From: Squalus acanthias
Taxonomy: Eukaryota
Assembly: GCA_030390025.1 (NCBI GenBank)
Contig: CM059431.1
Span: 115,384,001-115,448,000 of the forward strand
Length of the DNA stretch: 64,000 nucleotides
Direction: 5' to 3'
Shown here: piece after piece, positions 50,323 to 62,222 of the stretch
Position numbering within the stretch: position 1 is the first letter of the stretch
Layout: every line of letters begins with the position of its first letter
Program-made: the position numbers and the translations under genes
Notes under the pieces: model-generated
Databases searched by the model: none
What the model was told of the DNA's origin: nothing
The model's input: the letters and a program-made list of their open reading frames with translations, nothing else

Positions 50323-52011
50323 CCAATTATATAGGGCCTTGGTGAGACCACACCTGGAGTACTGTGTACAATTTTGGTCTCCTTACCTAAGGAAGGATAT
50401 ACTTGCCATAGAGGGAGTGCAACGAAGGTTCACGAGATTGATTCCTGGGATGGCGGGACTGTCGTATGAGAAGAGATTGAGTAAACTAGGCCTGTGATCT
50501 CTTGAATTCAGAAGAATGAGCGGGCATCTCATTGAAGCATACAAAATTATTACAGGGCTTGATAGGGTGGATGCTGGGAGAATGTTTCCCTTGGCTGGGG
50601 AGTCTAGAACCAGGTGCCACAGCCTCAGAATAAAGGGTAGGCCATTCAGGTCTGAGATGAGAAGAAACTTCTTCACACAGAGGGTGGTGAATCTTTGGAA
50701 TTCTCTACCCCAGAGGGCTGTGGAGGCTCAGTCATTGGGTATATTCAAAACAGAAGTCAATAGATTTCTGACTAGTAAGGGCATCAAGGGATATGGCGAT
50801 AGGGCCGGTGAATGGAGTTGAGGCAGAAGATCAGCCATGATCTTATTGAATGGCGGAGCAGGCTCGAAGGGCCGAATGGCCTACTCCTGCTCCTATTTCT
50901 TATGTTCTTATGTTCTTATATACATCAGCGGCATCTCCCAGTTGGCCGCCCACAGTTGCATCACACAGTTTACTGATGCCCTCTTTGCAAAGGCGCACAA
51001 TTACATCAACTTTTCAACTGATCAAGCAAGTATAACCGCGCGTGCGGTTGAATTCGCAAATTTGGCAGGCTTGCCAATGGTGCAGGACGTCATAGATTGC
51101 ACAAATATGGCCCTGAGGGCGCCCCATCACAACCCAGCTATTTTTGTCAACCGCAAGGGCTTCCACTCCCTCAATGTACAGCTGGTGTGTAACCACAAGA
51201 AGGAGATTTTGCATATTTGCACCAAGTACTGTGGCAGTTGCCATGGCTCATTCATCCTGCGGCAGTCTAGTGTGCCTCCGCTCTTCAAGCCGTCAAACCA
51301 ACTTAACAGATGGCTACTTGGAGACAAGGGCTGCCCCCTGAAGACATGGCTAATGACGCCGATCAGGAGGCCAGCGAACAAAGGTGAGGAGCGCTACAAC
51401 GCCAGCCACATTTCGACCAGGTCCATCTGCGAACAAACCACCGGCTTGCTGAAGATGCGATTCAGATGCCTTGACCGATCAGGTGGAGCCCTGCAGTACT
51501 CAGCAGCCAGGGTCACCAGAATGGTCGTGGTCTGCTGTGCACTGCACAACATGGCACAGCATCGTGGCTTGCAGCTTCCTGATGAGCAAGTGGCGCAGTA
51601 CATAGCCTCCTCAGATGAAGAGGAGGAAGAGGAGGAAGAGAATGATGACCGAGCGAAGGCGCATCAACCAGCAGCAGCAGCACACGAGCACATTGCTGGC
51701 CGGAATGCAAGGGATGCACTCATCTTGGCCAGATTTGCTTAGGCTGCCCATTCTAGCACATGTGCTTGGCTCCTTCTTAGCACAACATAGACAATGGACA
51801 TGACTCTCTGGCTTCCTCTCACTCTGACCACCAACCTGACCAAGCAAGTCTCGCTGAGGCCGCAATGTGGAACTTCCAAAACCAAAATCACAGAGGCCAT
51901 AACGTCAACAGTTTGCCATCACCAGAGTTTAATACATTCACAAAGGGATGGCATTTAATTATTAAATACAAAAAAAACACCCAAGTGACTGCCCGTGTGA
52001 CTAATTGTGCT

Positions 52012-53971
52012 TTATCTTTCTCTAACGCGTGCTCCTACGTGGTGCTTCCCCTGTGGCTTCAGCAGAAGTGGAGGCCCCTTGCTCACTTTCATGCTGCTCC
52101 TGCTTCGACACGTTTGCTGGGCGTCCTGTGGGTTTGCGAGCCTGTGAGGCCTCGCCAAAAGTCTGCTCCTCCTGCAGACGCCCATCTCAGTTGGGTGAGG
52201 ACTGGTGGGGCTCTGATCGAGGGCAACGCAGTGGCATGGAAATGTGAGCGCTTGGAGAGGAGCCTCCACTTCCTTGTTCTCTGCCGCCAACATCCCTCTA
52301 ATGTGTCAGCCCCACCTCAGCTCTAGCAAATGGCTTGAGAGCACCTTGCTGCACATCAGGGGGGCCATGAGGACCCGTGTCTGCACTGGAAGTCCTATTA
52401 CAGAGGACTTCCATGAAGCTCTGGTCTCTCTGATCAATAGCTGACCATCGCTCCCCCAGAGATGTCAGTCTATTCTGAACATTGACCATGTTTTCAATAC
52501 TCTGGCGACTTATCTCCTCCATGGCCTTGGCCATCGTCTGCAGAGAGGCAGCCATCGATACCACAGAGGTAGACATCGCTTCCAAGGAGGTAGCCAACCT
52601 TTCCGAGGAGATGCGCTCATGCACCAATGACTCCACAAAGGCTCTGCTCATATTCGAGTTGGACTCCTCCATCCTCTCCACACATGCAGTGACCCTGGAG
52701 ACAAAACCTGCCATAGACTCCAGCACCTGTTCCTGGAGTTCCAGCACTGCTCTCCTTCTGGATGGACCCGGAGGCACAGGGTCCACATGCAGCTGAGCCG
52801 AGCTAGGAGAGTCCTGCGACCTCCGATGAGGACTCTCCACTGCTGTCCCTGTCTCCACCACATGCTGATGCTCACTTGTCAGCTGTGATACACCAGGTGA
52901 CAAATCTACTCTATCTCCCGAAGGTCCCACCGAGGTGTACGTATCTGCACTGGTGCTGGGTGCGCTTACATCTGCTGACACTGCGTCCTCAGTGGTTGCA
53001 GGTTCTTCTGAGGAAACTTCTGCCTCAGGCTCTTCCTCCTGGACAGTGGGGAGGGGGGCTGTCGATGGTCCTGTGGGGGAGTAAAGGAATGAGTTAGAGA
53101 TGTTACGTTAGTGTGGCATGCACATGCAATAGCGCAGATGATCAATTGTCATTCTATAAATGTACATTCGCAGTCATTTTAGTGACTCCTGCAATGTAAA
53201 AGAGAAAGATGCAAAACTATTCTGTCACCAGCTTGCTTTGCTGCGCCCGTCTATCCGTCCCCCACTTCCACCTCCACCTCAGCGCCAACGATTTCCAGGG
53301 CCGCCTCTTCAGCATTGGTCAAATGGGTGAGGGAAGGTAGCCCTCCTCCAGTCTTCGCCCTTTCCCTTTTACTGTGGGCTATCTTTAATTGCAATGAGGG
53401 AGATAAGTGGAGTTTGAGTGAGAATGATGGAGTGAGTGTAGAGAGTCCAGAGCATAGATGCTTAGAAGGAGACAAAGATGGAGTGAGGTTCCATGTCCAA
53501 GGGCCTTCCCTGTGTGTTGTTAGTCGTTGTCATTGCACAACATTGAAAGGGAGTGTGAGGGCAGCATAGTCGAATAGTGAAGTGATTGTGTTCATAGAGT
53601 GAGAGGGATGGTGAAGGGTGCAAGGGTTGTAAGGGTAAAGTGGGATGTGTAGGAGGAGGTTGACAATGCAGAGTGCTGGTGATGAGAGGAGAAGGGGAGC
53701 AGAAGGAGGGTCAAGCTGATGGTATACTCACTTTGGCTGATCTTACAAGGTCATTGAACCTCTTGCGGCATTGCAGCCATGTTCTGCTGCACACAGACCT
53801 GAAGGTTACATCCCGTGCCAGCTGCACCCAGACAGCCTTGGTTTGTGTGGGAGGCTTCTTCCTCCCAGATGAGGGGAAGAGCACCTCCTTGCTAGCTCTC
53901 ACCCCCTCAACCAGAATACTCAGAGACTCATCAGAGAACCTGGGGGAAGCCTTGGCTCTAGGGTTGGTCAT
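52012..53971 (-). pseudogene. 3-exon Myb/SANT-like gene of element C (exons ~53971-53732, ~53388-53229, 53070-52012)
   Basis: MTNPRAKASPRFSDESLSILVEGV..VWVQLA..RTWLQCRKRFNDL then GTGAGT; exon 2 KIAHSKRERAKTGGG; exon 3 with coiled-coil-like stretch; stops and a damaged acceptor. Confidence 0.82.
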
Positions 53972-56759
53972 CTCTTCTCAGCGCTAAAGTGTTCAGCAGC
54001 CACAAACCAGCAGTGAAATGAGCCAAGGAAGCAAGCAGCCCTCAAATGAAACTGCATAAGTGACGTCAGCAGAGGCGAGTTTCAGTCCATAAAGAGTAAT
54101 TGGCCCAGGGGAACCCACACGCCCGGAATTCATTGGGCAATTGGGGAAAATTGCAACTTTTTCCCACCTGACAGTGGAGGCGGGTTCGGAACCTGTCCGC
54201 CCCCAAAACCGCTCCCAACCCGCCTCCAATGGGAAAATCGCCCCCCTTGATTCCCTTCATTCTCAAAAATTTATCGACCTCTGTCTTGAATATACTCAAC
54301 GACTGAGCATCCACAGCTCTCTGGGGTAGAGAATTCCAAAGAGTCACAACCCTTTGAGTGAAGAAATTTCTCCTCATCTCAGTCCTAAATGGCCGACCCC
54401 TTATTCTGAGACTGTGACCCCGTGTTCTAGATTCCCCAGCCAGGGGAAACATTTTCTCAGCATTAACCCTGTCAAGCCCCTTAAGAATTTTATATGTTTC
54501 AATTCGATCACCTCTCATTCTTCTAAACTCTAGGAAATATAGGCCTAGTCTACTCAATCTCTCCTCATAGGGCAATCCCCTCATCCCAGGAACCAGTCTA
54601 GTGAACCTTCATTGCACTCCCTCTAAGGCAAGTATATCCTTCCTTAGGTAAGGAGACCAGAACTGTACACAGTACTCCAGGTGTGGCCTCACCAATGCCC
54701 TGTGTAATTGTAGTAAGACTTCTTCACTCTTATATTCTAATCCCTTTGTAACAAAAGCTAACATACCATTTGCTTTCCTAATTGCTTGCTATACCTGCAT
54801 GTTAACTTGCTGTGATTCATGTACAAGGACACCCAGGGTCCCTCTGACTGCAAACATTTCCCAGTCTCTCACCATTCAAAAAATATTGTGTTTTTTTGTT
54901 TTACCTATCAAAGTGGATAACTGCAGACTTCCCCACATTGATTTCCATTTGTCATATTCTTTCCCACTCAGTCAATCTGTCTATATCTCTCTGCAGCCTC
55001 CTCACAGCTTACTTTCCCACCTAACGCCATTTTCCTGGCGGCAGGTTTTCGTGCTGTCTGAATGTCCTGCTGTAGAAAGGCGGAACACTTATTAACATAT
55101 TTAAATCATCCTCCCACAGTGCAATTGGGAACCTGACTTAAATTTAACAGTTTCCGTGTGGGTCTTCCAGGTAATTGCCTTTTACAGCAGTCCTTGTGGT
55201 CCAGGAGCAGCAGGAGTGCGCCCCTCGGCCTCTCAGGGAAGCCTTTGGCCTTCCCTCTGCCAATCATGGCCTCTTTCTCCCCTCGCTGTGATCCCAGAAC
55301 TCTCCCTCACACCCCCCACAACCACCGATGTCCACTCCACGCTGTGATCCCAGATCTCTCCCCCACCCTGGCATTGATCTCCAGCCTTTCCCACCGCACC
55401 CCCCCCACGATTGCTTCTCTCTTCACCGCCCCCCCACCCTCACCCACCCTGGCCCCTATCTCCAGCCTTCCCCCCCCCTCCCACCGCCTCCTGATTGCTT
55501 CTCTCTTTGCCCCCGTCCCGGCCGGCCTCCATCTCCGGCCTTCTTCCCTTCCGATTGTCCCCAAGGGTCCCCGGCTGCAGTTTCCTGCTGCTGGCTTCTC
55601 ACCTGGCAGCTGGCCAAATTGACAGGCTGGCCGGCTGCCGGGCAGTAAACAGAGGATAAAAATTATAATGAGGTCCTGCCGTTAAATTCAGCAGGACCTC
55701 CGCTCCCTCGGCCTCGACACATTCCCCGGCCATTTTCTCCTTCCCCGCACCCTCATCGTAAATATCAGGGCCATCGTCTGTGAAAAACGGCACTACATGA
55801 CAAGGTTTTTTTATTATTATGTTCTTTCTTTCTCAGTTTTCTATTCCCTGTTGTGTTTCTTCTTGGAGAACCTATTCCCCATAATATTTTATTTTAACTC
55901 TTTTTTTTAAAGGCTTGTTTTTCATAGTCCTTTATTTCGAGGCCTGTTCCGCATTTCTTTTATTTCAAAGGCTTGTTCACCACTGTCTTTTTTCTCCAGC
56001 CACTAACTCAAAATCCACGGCCGGGATTTTGCTCAGCTCGGCGGGTCCGGTACGGGCGATGTCGGTGGCGGGTCGCGGTCCCGCTGCTGGCTCCATCCCG
56101 CTGCCTAAAATAAACTTACATTGATAGGGCTTGTTAAGCCCGCCCAGCGCGTTTCCCGGCCCAATTAGAAGAAGCAGGTCTGGTGGTGTCATTCATGATG
56201 CGTCATCAGCCAGTTTCCTTATAGGGACCATTGCCAACTTTGTTTTGACATTTGTGCGGTCAGTGTTCTGCAGTATTGAGATGCTGCAAACACTGACAAT
56301 CACTGCACAGAGGTGCACGGCTGCACCCAGGTTCTCCATGACTCCCTCCATATGCTTATGGATGGAGTCACGGCATGCAGGGAGGTTCTCTTCCCTTCCC
56401 ATTGACGGAAGAGACTTCCCCAGGACACCAACGCAGCCTGGTTGCACATTGAAGAGGAGGTCACAAGCAGGGATGTCGTCAGGACCAGGCTGCAGTGGTG
56501 CAAACCTTTCCATGATCTCAGTAGATCAGGAAACATTAGTACAAAGCCACACTCACCTTCATCCTGCTGTGCCTCTCATCACATCCCCGTCACTCTGCCT
56601 TCCCTAACCTACTCCTGCACATCCTTACTCACACCAACTTACATTGCACCTCCACCCATCCCACACTCTATCTACATTATCACATCCCCATCTCACTAGC
56701 CACCCTTCATACTCACCCTCATCCTAGTGCAATCATACCAACTAACAATACACAGTATA

Positions 56760-58125
56760 GCTCCAGTACAGCAACACTGGCATCTACCCGACAATGTGGA
56801 AAACTGCCCAGGTATGTCCTGTCCACAAAAAGCAGGACAAATCCAATCTGGCCAATTACTGCTCCATCAGTCTACTCTCAATCATTAGCAAAGTGATGGA
56901 AGGTGTCCTCGACAGTGCTATCAAGCAGCAGTTACTCACCAATAACCAGCTTACTGATGCCCAGTTTGGGTTCTGCCAGGACCACTTGGCTCCAGACCTC
57001 ATTACAGCTTTGGTCCAAACATGGACAAAAGAGTTGAATTCCAGAGGTGAGGGGAGAATGACTGCCCTTGACATCAAGGCAGCATTTGACTGAGTGTGGC
57101 ATCAAAGAGCCCTAGTAATACTGAAGTCAATGGGAATCGGGCGGAAAACTCTCCAGTGGCTGAAGTCATACCTAGCACAAAGGAAGATGGTTGTGGTGGT
57201 TGGAGGTCAATCATCACAGCCCATTGTCCTAGGCCCAACCATCTTCAGCTGCTTCATCAATGAACTTCCCTCCATCATAAGGTCAGAAGTGGAGATGTTC
57301 GCTGATGACTGCACGGTGTTCAGTGCCATTCACAACTCCTCATATAATGAAGCAGTCCATGCCCGTATGCAGCAAGACCTGGACGACATTCAGGGTTGGG
57401 CTGATAAGTGGTAGGTAACATTCGCGCCACACCATTGCCAGGCAATGACTATCTCCAAAAAGCGAGCGTCTAACCACCACCCCTTGACATTCAACAGCAT
57501 TACCATCGCCGAATCTCCCACCATCAATATCCTGGGGGGGTCACCATTGACCAGAAATTTAACTGGACCAGCCACATAAATAATGTGGCAACAAGAGCAG
57601 GTCAGAGGCTGGGTATTCTGCAGTGAGTGTCTCACTTCCTGACTCCCCAAAGCCTTTCCACCATCTACAAGGCACAAGTCAGGAGTGTGATGGAATACTC
57701 TCCACTTGCCTGGATGAGTGCAGCTCCAACAACACTCAAGAAGCTCGACACCATCCAGGACAAAGCAGCCCGCTTGATTGGCACCCCATCCACCACCTTA
57801 AACATTCACTCCCTCCACCACCAGCGTACCGTGGCTGCAGTGTGTACCATCTACAAGATGCTCTGCAGCAACTCGCCAAGCATCTTCGGCAGCACCTCCC
57901 AAACCCACGACCTCTTCCACCTAGAAGGACAAGGGCAGCAGGCGCATGGGAACACCACCACCTCTAAGTTCCCCTCCAAGTCATACACCATCCTAACTTG
58001 GAAGTATATCGCTGATCCTTCATCGTCGCTGGGTCAAAATCCTGGAACTCCCTCCCTAACAGCACTGTGGGAGCACCTTCACCACACGGACTGCAGCGGT
58101 TCAAGAAGGCGGCTCACCACCACCT
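56760..58125 (+). mobile_element. LINE family B RT fragment (left arm of inverted pair)
   Basis: QFGF, DIKAAFD, MFADD, YKAQVRSVMEY; no 3' tail. Confidence 0.9.
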
Positions 58126-61070
58126 GCTGTTAGGTAGGGAGCTCCAGGATTTTGACCCAGCGACGATGAAGGATCGGCGCTATACTTCTAAGTCAGGATG
58201 GCGTGTGACTTGGAGGGAAACTTGGAGGTGGTGGTGTTCCTATGCGCCTGCTGCCCTTGTCCTTCCAGGTGGAAGAGGTCGCAGATTTTGGAGGTGCTGC
58301 CAAAGAAGCCTTGGCGAGTTGCTGCAGAGCATCTTGTAGATGGTACACACTGCAGCCACGGTACACCGGTGGTGGATGGGGTGCCAATCAAGCGGGCTGC
58401 TTTATCCTGGATGGTGTCGAGCTTCTTGAGTGTTGATGGAGCTGCACTCATCCGGGCAAGTGGAGAGTATTCCATCATGCTCCTTACTTGTGCCTTGTAG
58501 ATGGTGGAAAGGCTTTGGGGAATCAGGAGGTGAGACACTCGCCACAGAATACCTAGCCTCTGACCTGCTCTTGTTGCCACATTATTTATGTGGCTGGTCC
58601 AGTTAAATTTCTGGTCAATGGTGACCCCCAGGATGTTGATGGTGGGGGATCCGGCAATGGTAATGCCGTTGAATGTCAAGGGGAGGTGGTAGACTCTTGC
58701 TTGTTGGCGATAGTCATTGCCTGGCACTTCTGTGGCACGAATGTTACCTGCCACTTATCAGCCCAAGCCTGAACGTTGTCCAGGTCTTGTTGCAAGCGGG
58801 CATGGACTGCTTCATTATCTGAGGAGTTGTGAATGGTGCTGAACACTGTGCAGTCATCAGCGAACATCCCAATTTCTGACCTTATGTTGGAGGGAAGGTC
58901 ATTGATGAAGCAGCTGAAGATGGTTGGGCCAAGGACACAGTCCTGAGGAACTCCTGCAGCGATGTTCTGGGGCTGTGATGATTGACCTTCAACCACCACA
59001 ACCATCTTCCTTTGTGCTAGGTATGACTCCAGCCAGTGAAGCATTTTCAACCTGATTCCCATTGACTTCAGTTTTACTCGGGCTCCTTCATGCCACACTC
59101 GGTCAAATGCTCCCTTGCTGTCAAGGGCAGTCACTCTCACCTCACCTCTGGAATTCAGCTCCTTTGTCCATGTTTGGACCAAGGCTGTAATGAGGTCGGG
59201 AGCCAAATGGTCTTGGCGGAACCCAAACTGGGCCTCAGTGAGCAGGTTTTTGGTGAGTAAGTGCCGCTTGATAGCACTGTCGATGACACCTTCCATCACT
59301 TTGCTGATGATTGAGAGTAGACTGATGGGGCGGTGATTGGCTGGGTTGGATTTGTCCTGCTTTTTGTGGGCAGGACATACCTGGGCAGTTTTCCACATTG
59401 TCGGATAGATGCCAGTTCTGTAGCTGTACTGGAACAGCTTGGCTGGAGGTGTGGCTAGATCTGGAGCACAAGTCTTCAGCACGATAGCTGGGATGTTGTT
59501 GGGGCCCATAGCCTTTGTTGTATCCAGTACGCTCAGCCGTATCTTGATATCACGTGGAGTGAATCGAATTGCCTGAAGACTGGCTTCTGTGATGGTGGGG
59601 TCCTCAGGAGTAGGCCGATATGGATCATTCACTTGGCACTTCTGGCTGAAGATGGTTGCAAACGCTTCAGCCTTGTCTTTTGCACTCACGTGCTGGGCTC
59701 CACCATCATTGAGGTTGGGGATATTCATGGAACCTCCTCCACCTGTTAGTTGTTTAATGGTCCACCACCATTCACGACTGGATGTGGCAGGACTGCAGTG
59801 CTTAAATCTGATCTGTTGATTTTGGGATCGCTTAGCCCTGTCTATAGTATGCTGCTTCCACTTTTTAGCATGCATGTAGTCCTGTGCTGCAGCTTCCCCA
59901 GGTTGGCATCTCATTTTTAGGTACGCCTGGTGCTGCTCCTGGCATGCTCTTCTACACTCCTTATTGAACCAGGGTTGGTCCCCTGGCTTGATGGTAATGG
60001 TAGAGTGAGGAATATGCCAGGCCATGAGGTTACAGATTGTGGTGGAATTCAATTCTGCTGCTGCTGATGGCCTACAGCGCCTCATGGATGCCCAGTTTTG
60101 AGCTGCTAGATCTGTTCTGAATCTAGCCCATTTAGCACAGTGGTAGTGCCACATAACTAGATGGAGGGTGTCCTCAGTGTGAAGATGGGACTTCGTCTCC
60201 ACAATGACTGTGCGGTGGTCACTGCTACCAATACTGTCATGGACAGATGCATCTGCGACAGGTAGATTGGTGAGGACGAGGTCAATTAGGTTTTTCCCTC
60301 GTGTTGGTTCTCTTACCACTTGCCGCAGGCCCAGACTGGCAGTTATGTCCTTCAGGACTCGGCCAGCTCGGTCAGTAGTGGTGCTACTGAGCCACTCTTG
60401 GTGATGGACATTGAAGTCCCCCATCCAGAGTACATTCTGTGCCCTTGCAACTCTCAGTGTTTCTTCCAAGTGGTGTTCAACATGGAGGAGTACTGATTCA
60501 TCAGCCCGAAGGAGGGCGGTAGGTGGTAATCAGCAGGAGGTTTCCTTGCCCATGCTTGACCTGAAGCCATGAGACTTCATTGGGTCCGGAGTCAATGTTG
60601 AGGACTCCCAGGGCCACTCCTTCCCAACTGTATACCACTGTGCCGCCACCTCTGGTGGGTCTGTCCTGCCGGTGGGACAGGACATACCCAGGGATGGTGA
60701 TGGAGGAGTCTGGGACGTTGGCTGAAAGGTATGATTCTGTGAGTATGACTATATCAGGCTGTTGCTTGACTAGTTTGTGGGACAGCTCTCCAGATTTTGG
60801 CACAAGTCCCCAGATGTTGGTGAGGAGGACTTTGCAGTGTCGACTGGGCTGGATGTGCCGTTGCCGTGTCCGTAGCAGGTGCCGAGGTCGATGCCGGGTG
60901 GTCCGTCCGGTTTCATTCTTATTATGTTTCGTAGCGGTTAGTTACAACTGAGTGACTTGCTAGGCCATTTCAGAGGGCAGTTAAGAGTCAACCACATTGC
61001 TGTGGGTCTGGAGTCACATGTAGGCCAGACCAGGTAAGGACGACAGATTTCCTTCCCGATAGGACATTAG
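58126..61070 (-). mobile_element. LINE family B, near full length with 5' region and 597-aa ORF remnant, 3' tail missing
   Basis: LLTNIWGL, IVILTESYL, DRPTRGGG, YRPP, GDFNVHH, SSDH, RT motifs to MFADD. Confidence 0.92.
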
Positions 61071-61090
61071 TTGATTTTTTGATGTAATAT

Positions 61091-61140
61091 TGGATAGATA
61101 CATGGATAAAGTTGGATAGATACATGGATAAAGTTGGATT
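61091..61140. repeat. 22-bp tandem duplication
   Basis: GGATAGATACATGGATAAAGTT x2. Confidence 0.85.
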
Positions 61141-62222
61141 GGAAAGTTTGCTTTGTGGTGGCTTTTATTTCAGCATTGTGGTAAGAGGACACTGTGATGG
61201 TCAGTAACAGAGGGAAGGTAAGGTGTGGGACAAATATTGAAAGGGGAATTGGGGTTGTGGTCACTGGTACCGCAGGCGGATGATTCGATCCCAGATATCC
61301 CGGCCAGAAAGGGGCTACCTGGATTACCTCCTTCCTTCCGCTTCCTCCTCTTCTGCTTCCTTCTCTTCCACTTCCTCCTCTCCTGCTTCTTCCTCCTCCC
61401 TCTGTGAGCAACTTGTCCCCTTTGCTGCCTCTGCTTCATCTCCATGTCATGCTGCAGCCCAAGGGGGACTGCAACTAGAGCCCCCAGGACTGGGAGCAAG
61501 TGGTCTTCTCAGAGGCCTTCGTTTAACGTCCAAAGCCTTGCAAGCATCCAGCAGCACTGCCTGCACACTTTAACAACTTTTTAAACGTATTGCACCAAGC
61601 CACTACTCCAATGAAATATTTAAAAAAGCACTCCAAAAGCTGAAATCGAGACTTACCTGAAAGGTGTGTGCTTCTCTTTAAGAAGCGTCTCTGTAGAACA
61701 GCTGCACACACGTTCTTCCGTATCTAGTTAGGAGGGGGCGATATGGAGTGCGGCGAAGTCCAAAATCGCAGTCGCGCGTCAATTCAGGCATTGCACGCCG
61801 ATTGACATCACGATCTGCATATTTACATTGGAGAGGCGAGCGCAGGCAACGGCAGCGCTGCCGACCACTCCAAAATGGCGGCCGTGTATTCCGCACCGGA
61901 AGCGGGTGGAAGCGAGGCGGCCACCATATTTTCTCGAAAAGATCGAATTTCACGGCCATAGAGCCTTGCGTCTAATGCATGGTCATGTCCTCAGCACCTC
62001 ACGTGTCACTTGATATGCAAATCAAGTGCCAAATCGATAAAGAAGGAATTATGCTAATTTTTTCAATTATATATTTCAGTTATATATTTGTTGGTCCTCA
62101 CAATAAAATCCTACACTCTAAACAGATGGGACAATCTACCTCTCTGATAGTTAGGGTATGACACTGCTGTATTAAGTCGCAAGGAAAGGATTATAATTTG
62201 TATCATTTTTGTACAAAACTTG

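Larger units (their letters stand above)
49889..50921 (+). mobile_element. CR1 family A 3' part inserted in the transposase
   Basis: LQGDLDRLSEWA..FFTQRVVNLWN, (TTCTTATG) tail; flanked by ACAT direct repeats (49885-49888, 50922-50925). Confidence 0.92.
49494..51742 (+). pseudogene. Harbinger transposase of element C, interrupted by a CR1
   Basis: 5' part [21 protein letters not shown] to 49888; resumes at 50926 with [41 protein letters not shown]. Confidence 0.9.
48969..54245 (+). mobile_element. Decayed Harbinger element C (two convergent genes)
   Basis: Termini GCCCGATTTTCCC / GGGAAAATCGCCCC; GGAGGCGGG subterminal repeats; transposase on plus, Myb-like gene on minus. Confidence 0.88.
48836..55025 (-). 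mobile_element. CR1 family A 3' part, split into 48836-48968 and ~54245-55025 by element C
   Basis: Tail at 48836-48968 continues colinearly at 54245 (CCCTTGATTCCC..); RLSRLGLY..FFTQRVVTLWN. Confidence 0.85.
48761..55772. mobile_element. Harbinger-type MITE split into 48761-48835 and ~55026-55772 by nested insertions
   Basis: TIRs GGCCTTGATATTAAC / reverse complement GGCCCTGATATTTAC; flanks ATT / ATC. Confidence 0.6.
56019..61957 (-). mobile_element. Probable Harbinger element E (Myb exon 1 on plus ~56300-56540, collapsed transposase on minus 61499-61261), centre occupied by LINEs
   Basis: Termini GGCCGGGATTTT / reverse complement GGCCGTGAAATT; AAPRFS..WLHIEEEVTSR..QWCKPFHDL; convergent layout; no matching TSD, so it may be two separate elements. 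Confidence 0.55.

Noticed and set aside
50837..51742. 301-aa ORF as a novel fusion protein
   Set aside because: Chance in-frame join of a CR1 3' UTR to a truncated transposase that has lost its N-terminus and has degenerate motifs (HGS for HDA)
55250..55560. Pro/Ser-rich ORFs in a C-rich tract (also ~10020-10330)
   Set aside because: Low-complexity degenerate tandem repeats, apparently inside non-autonomous elements
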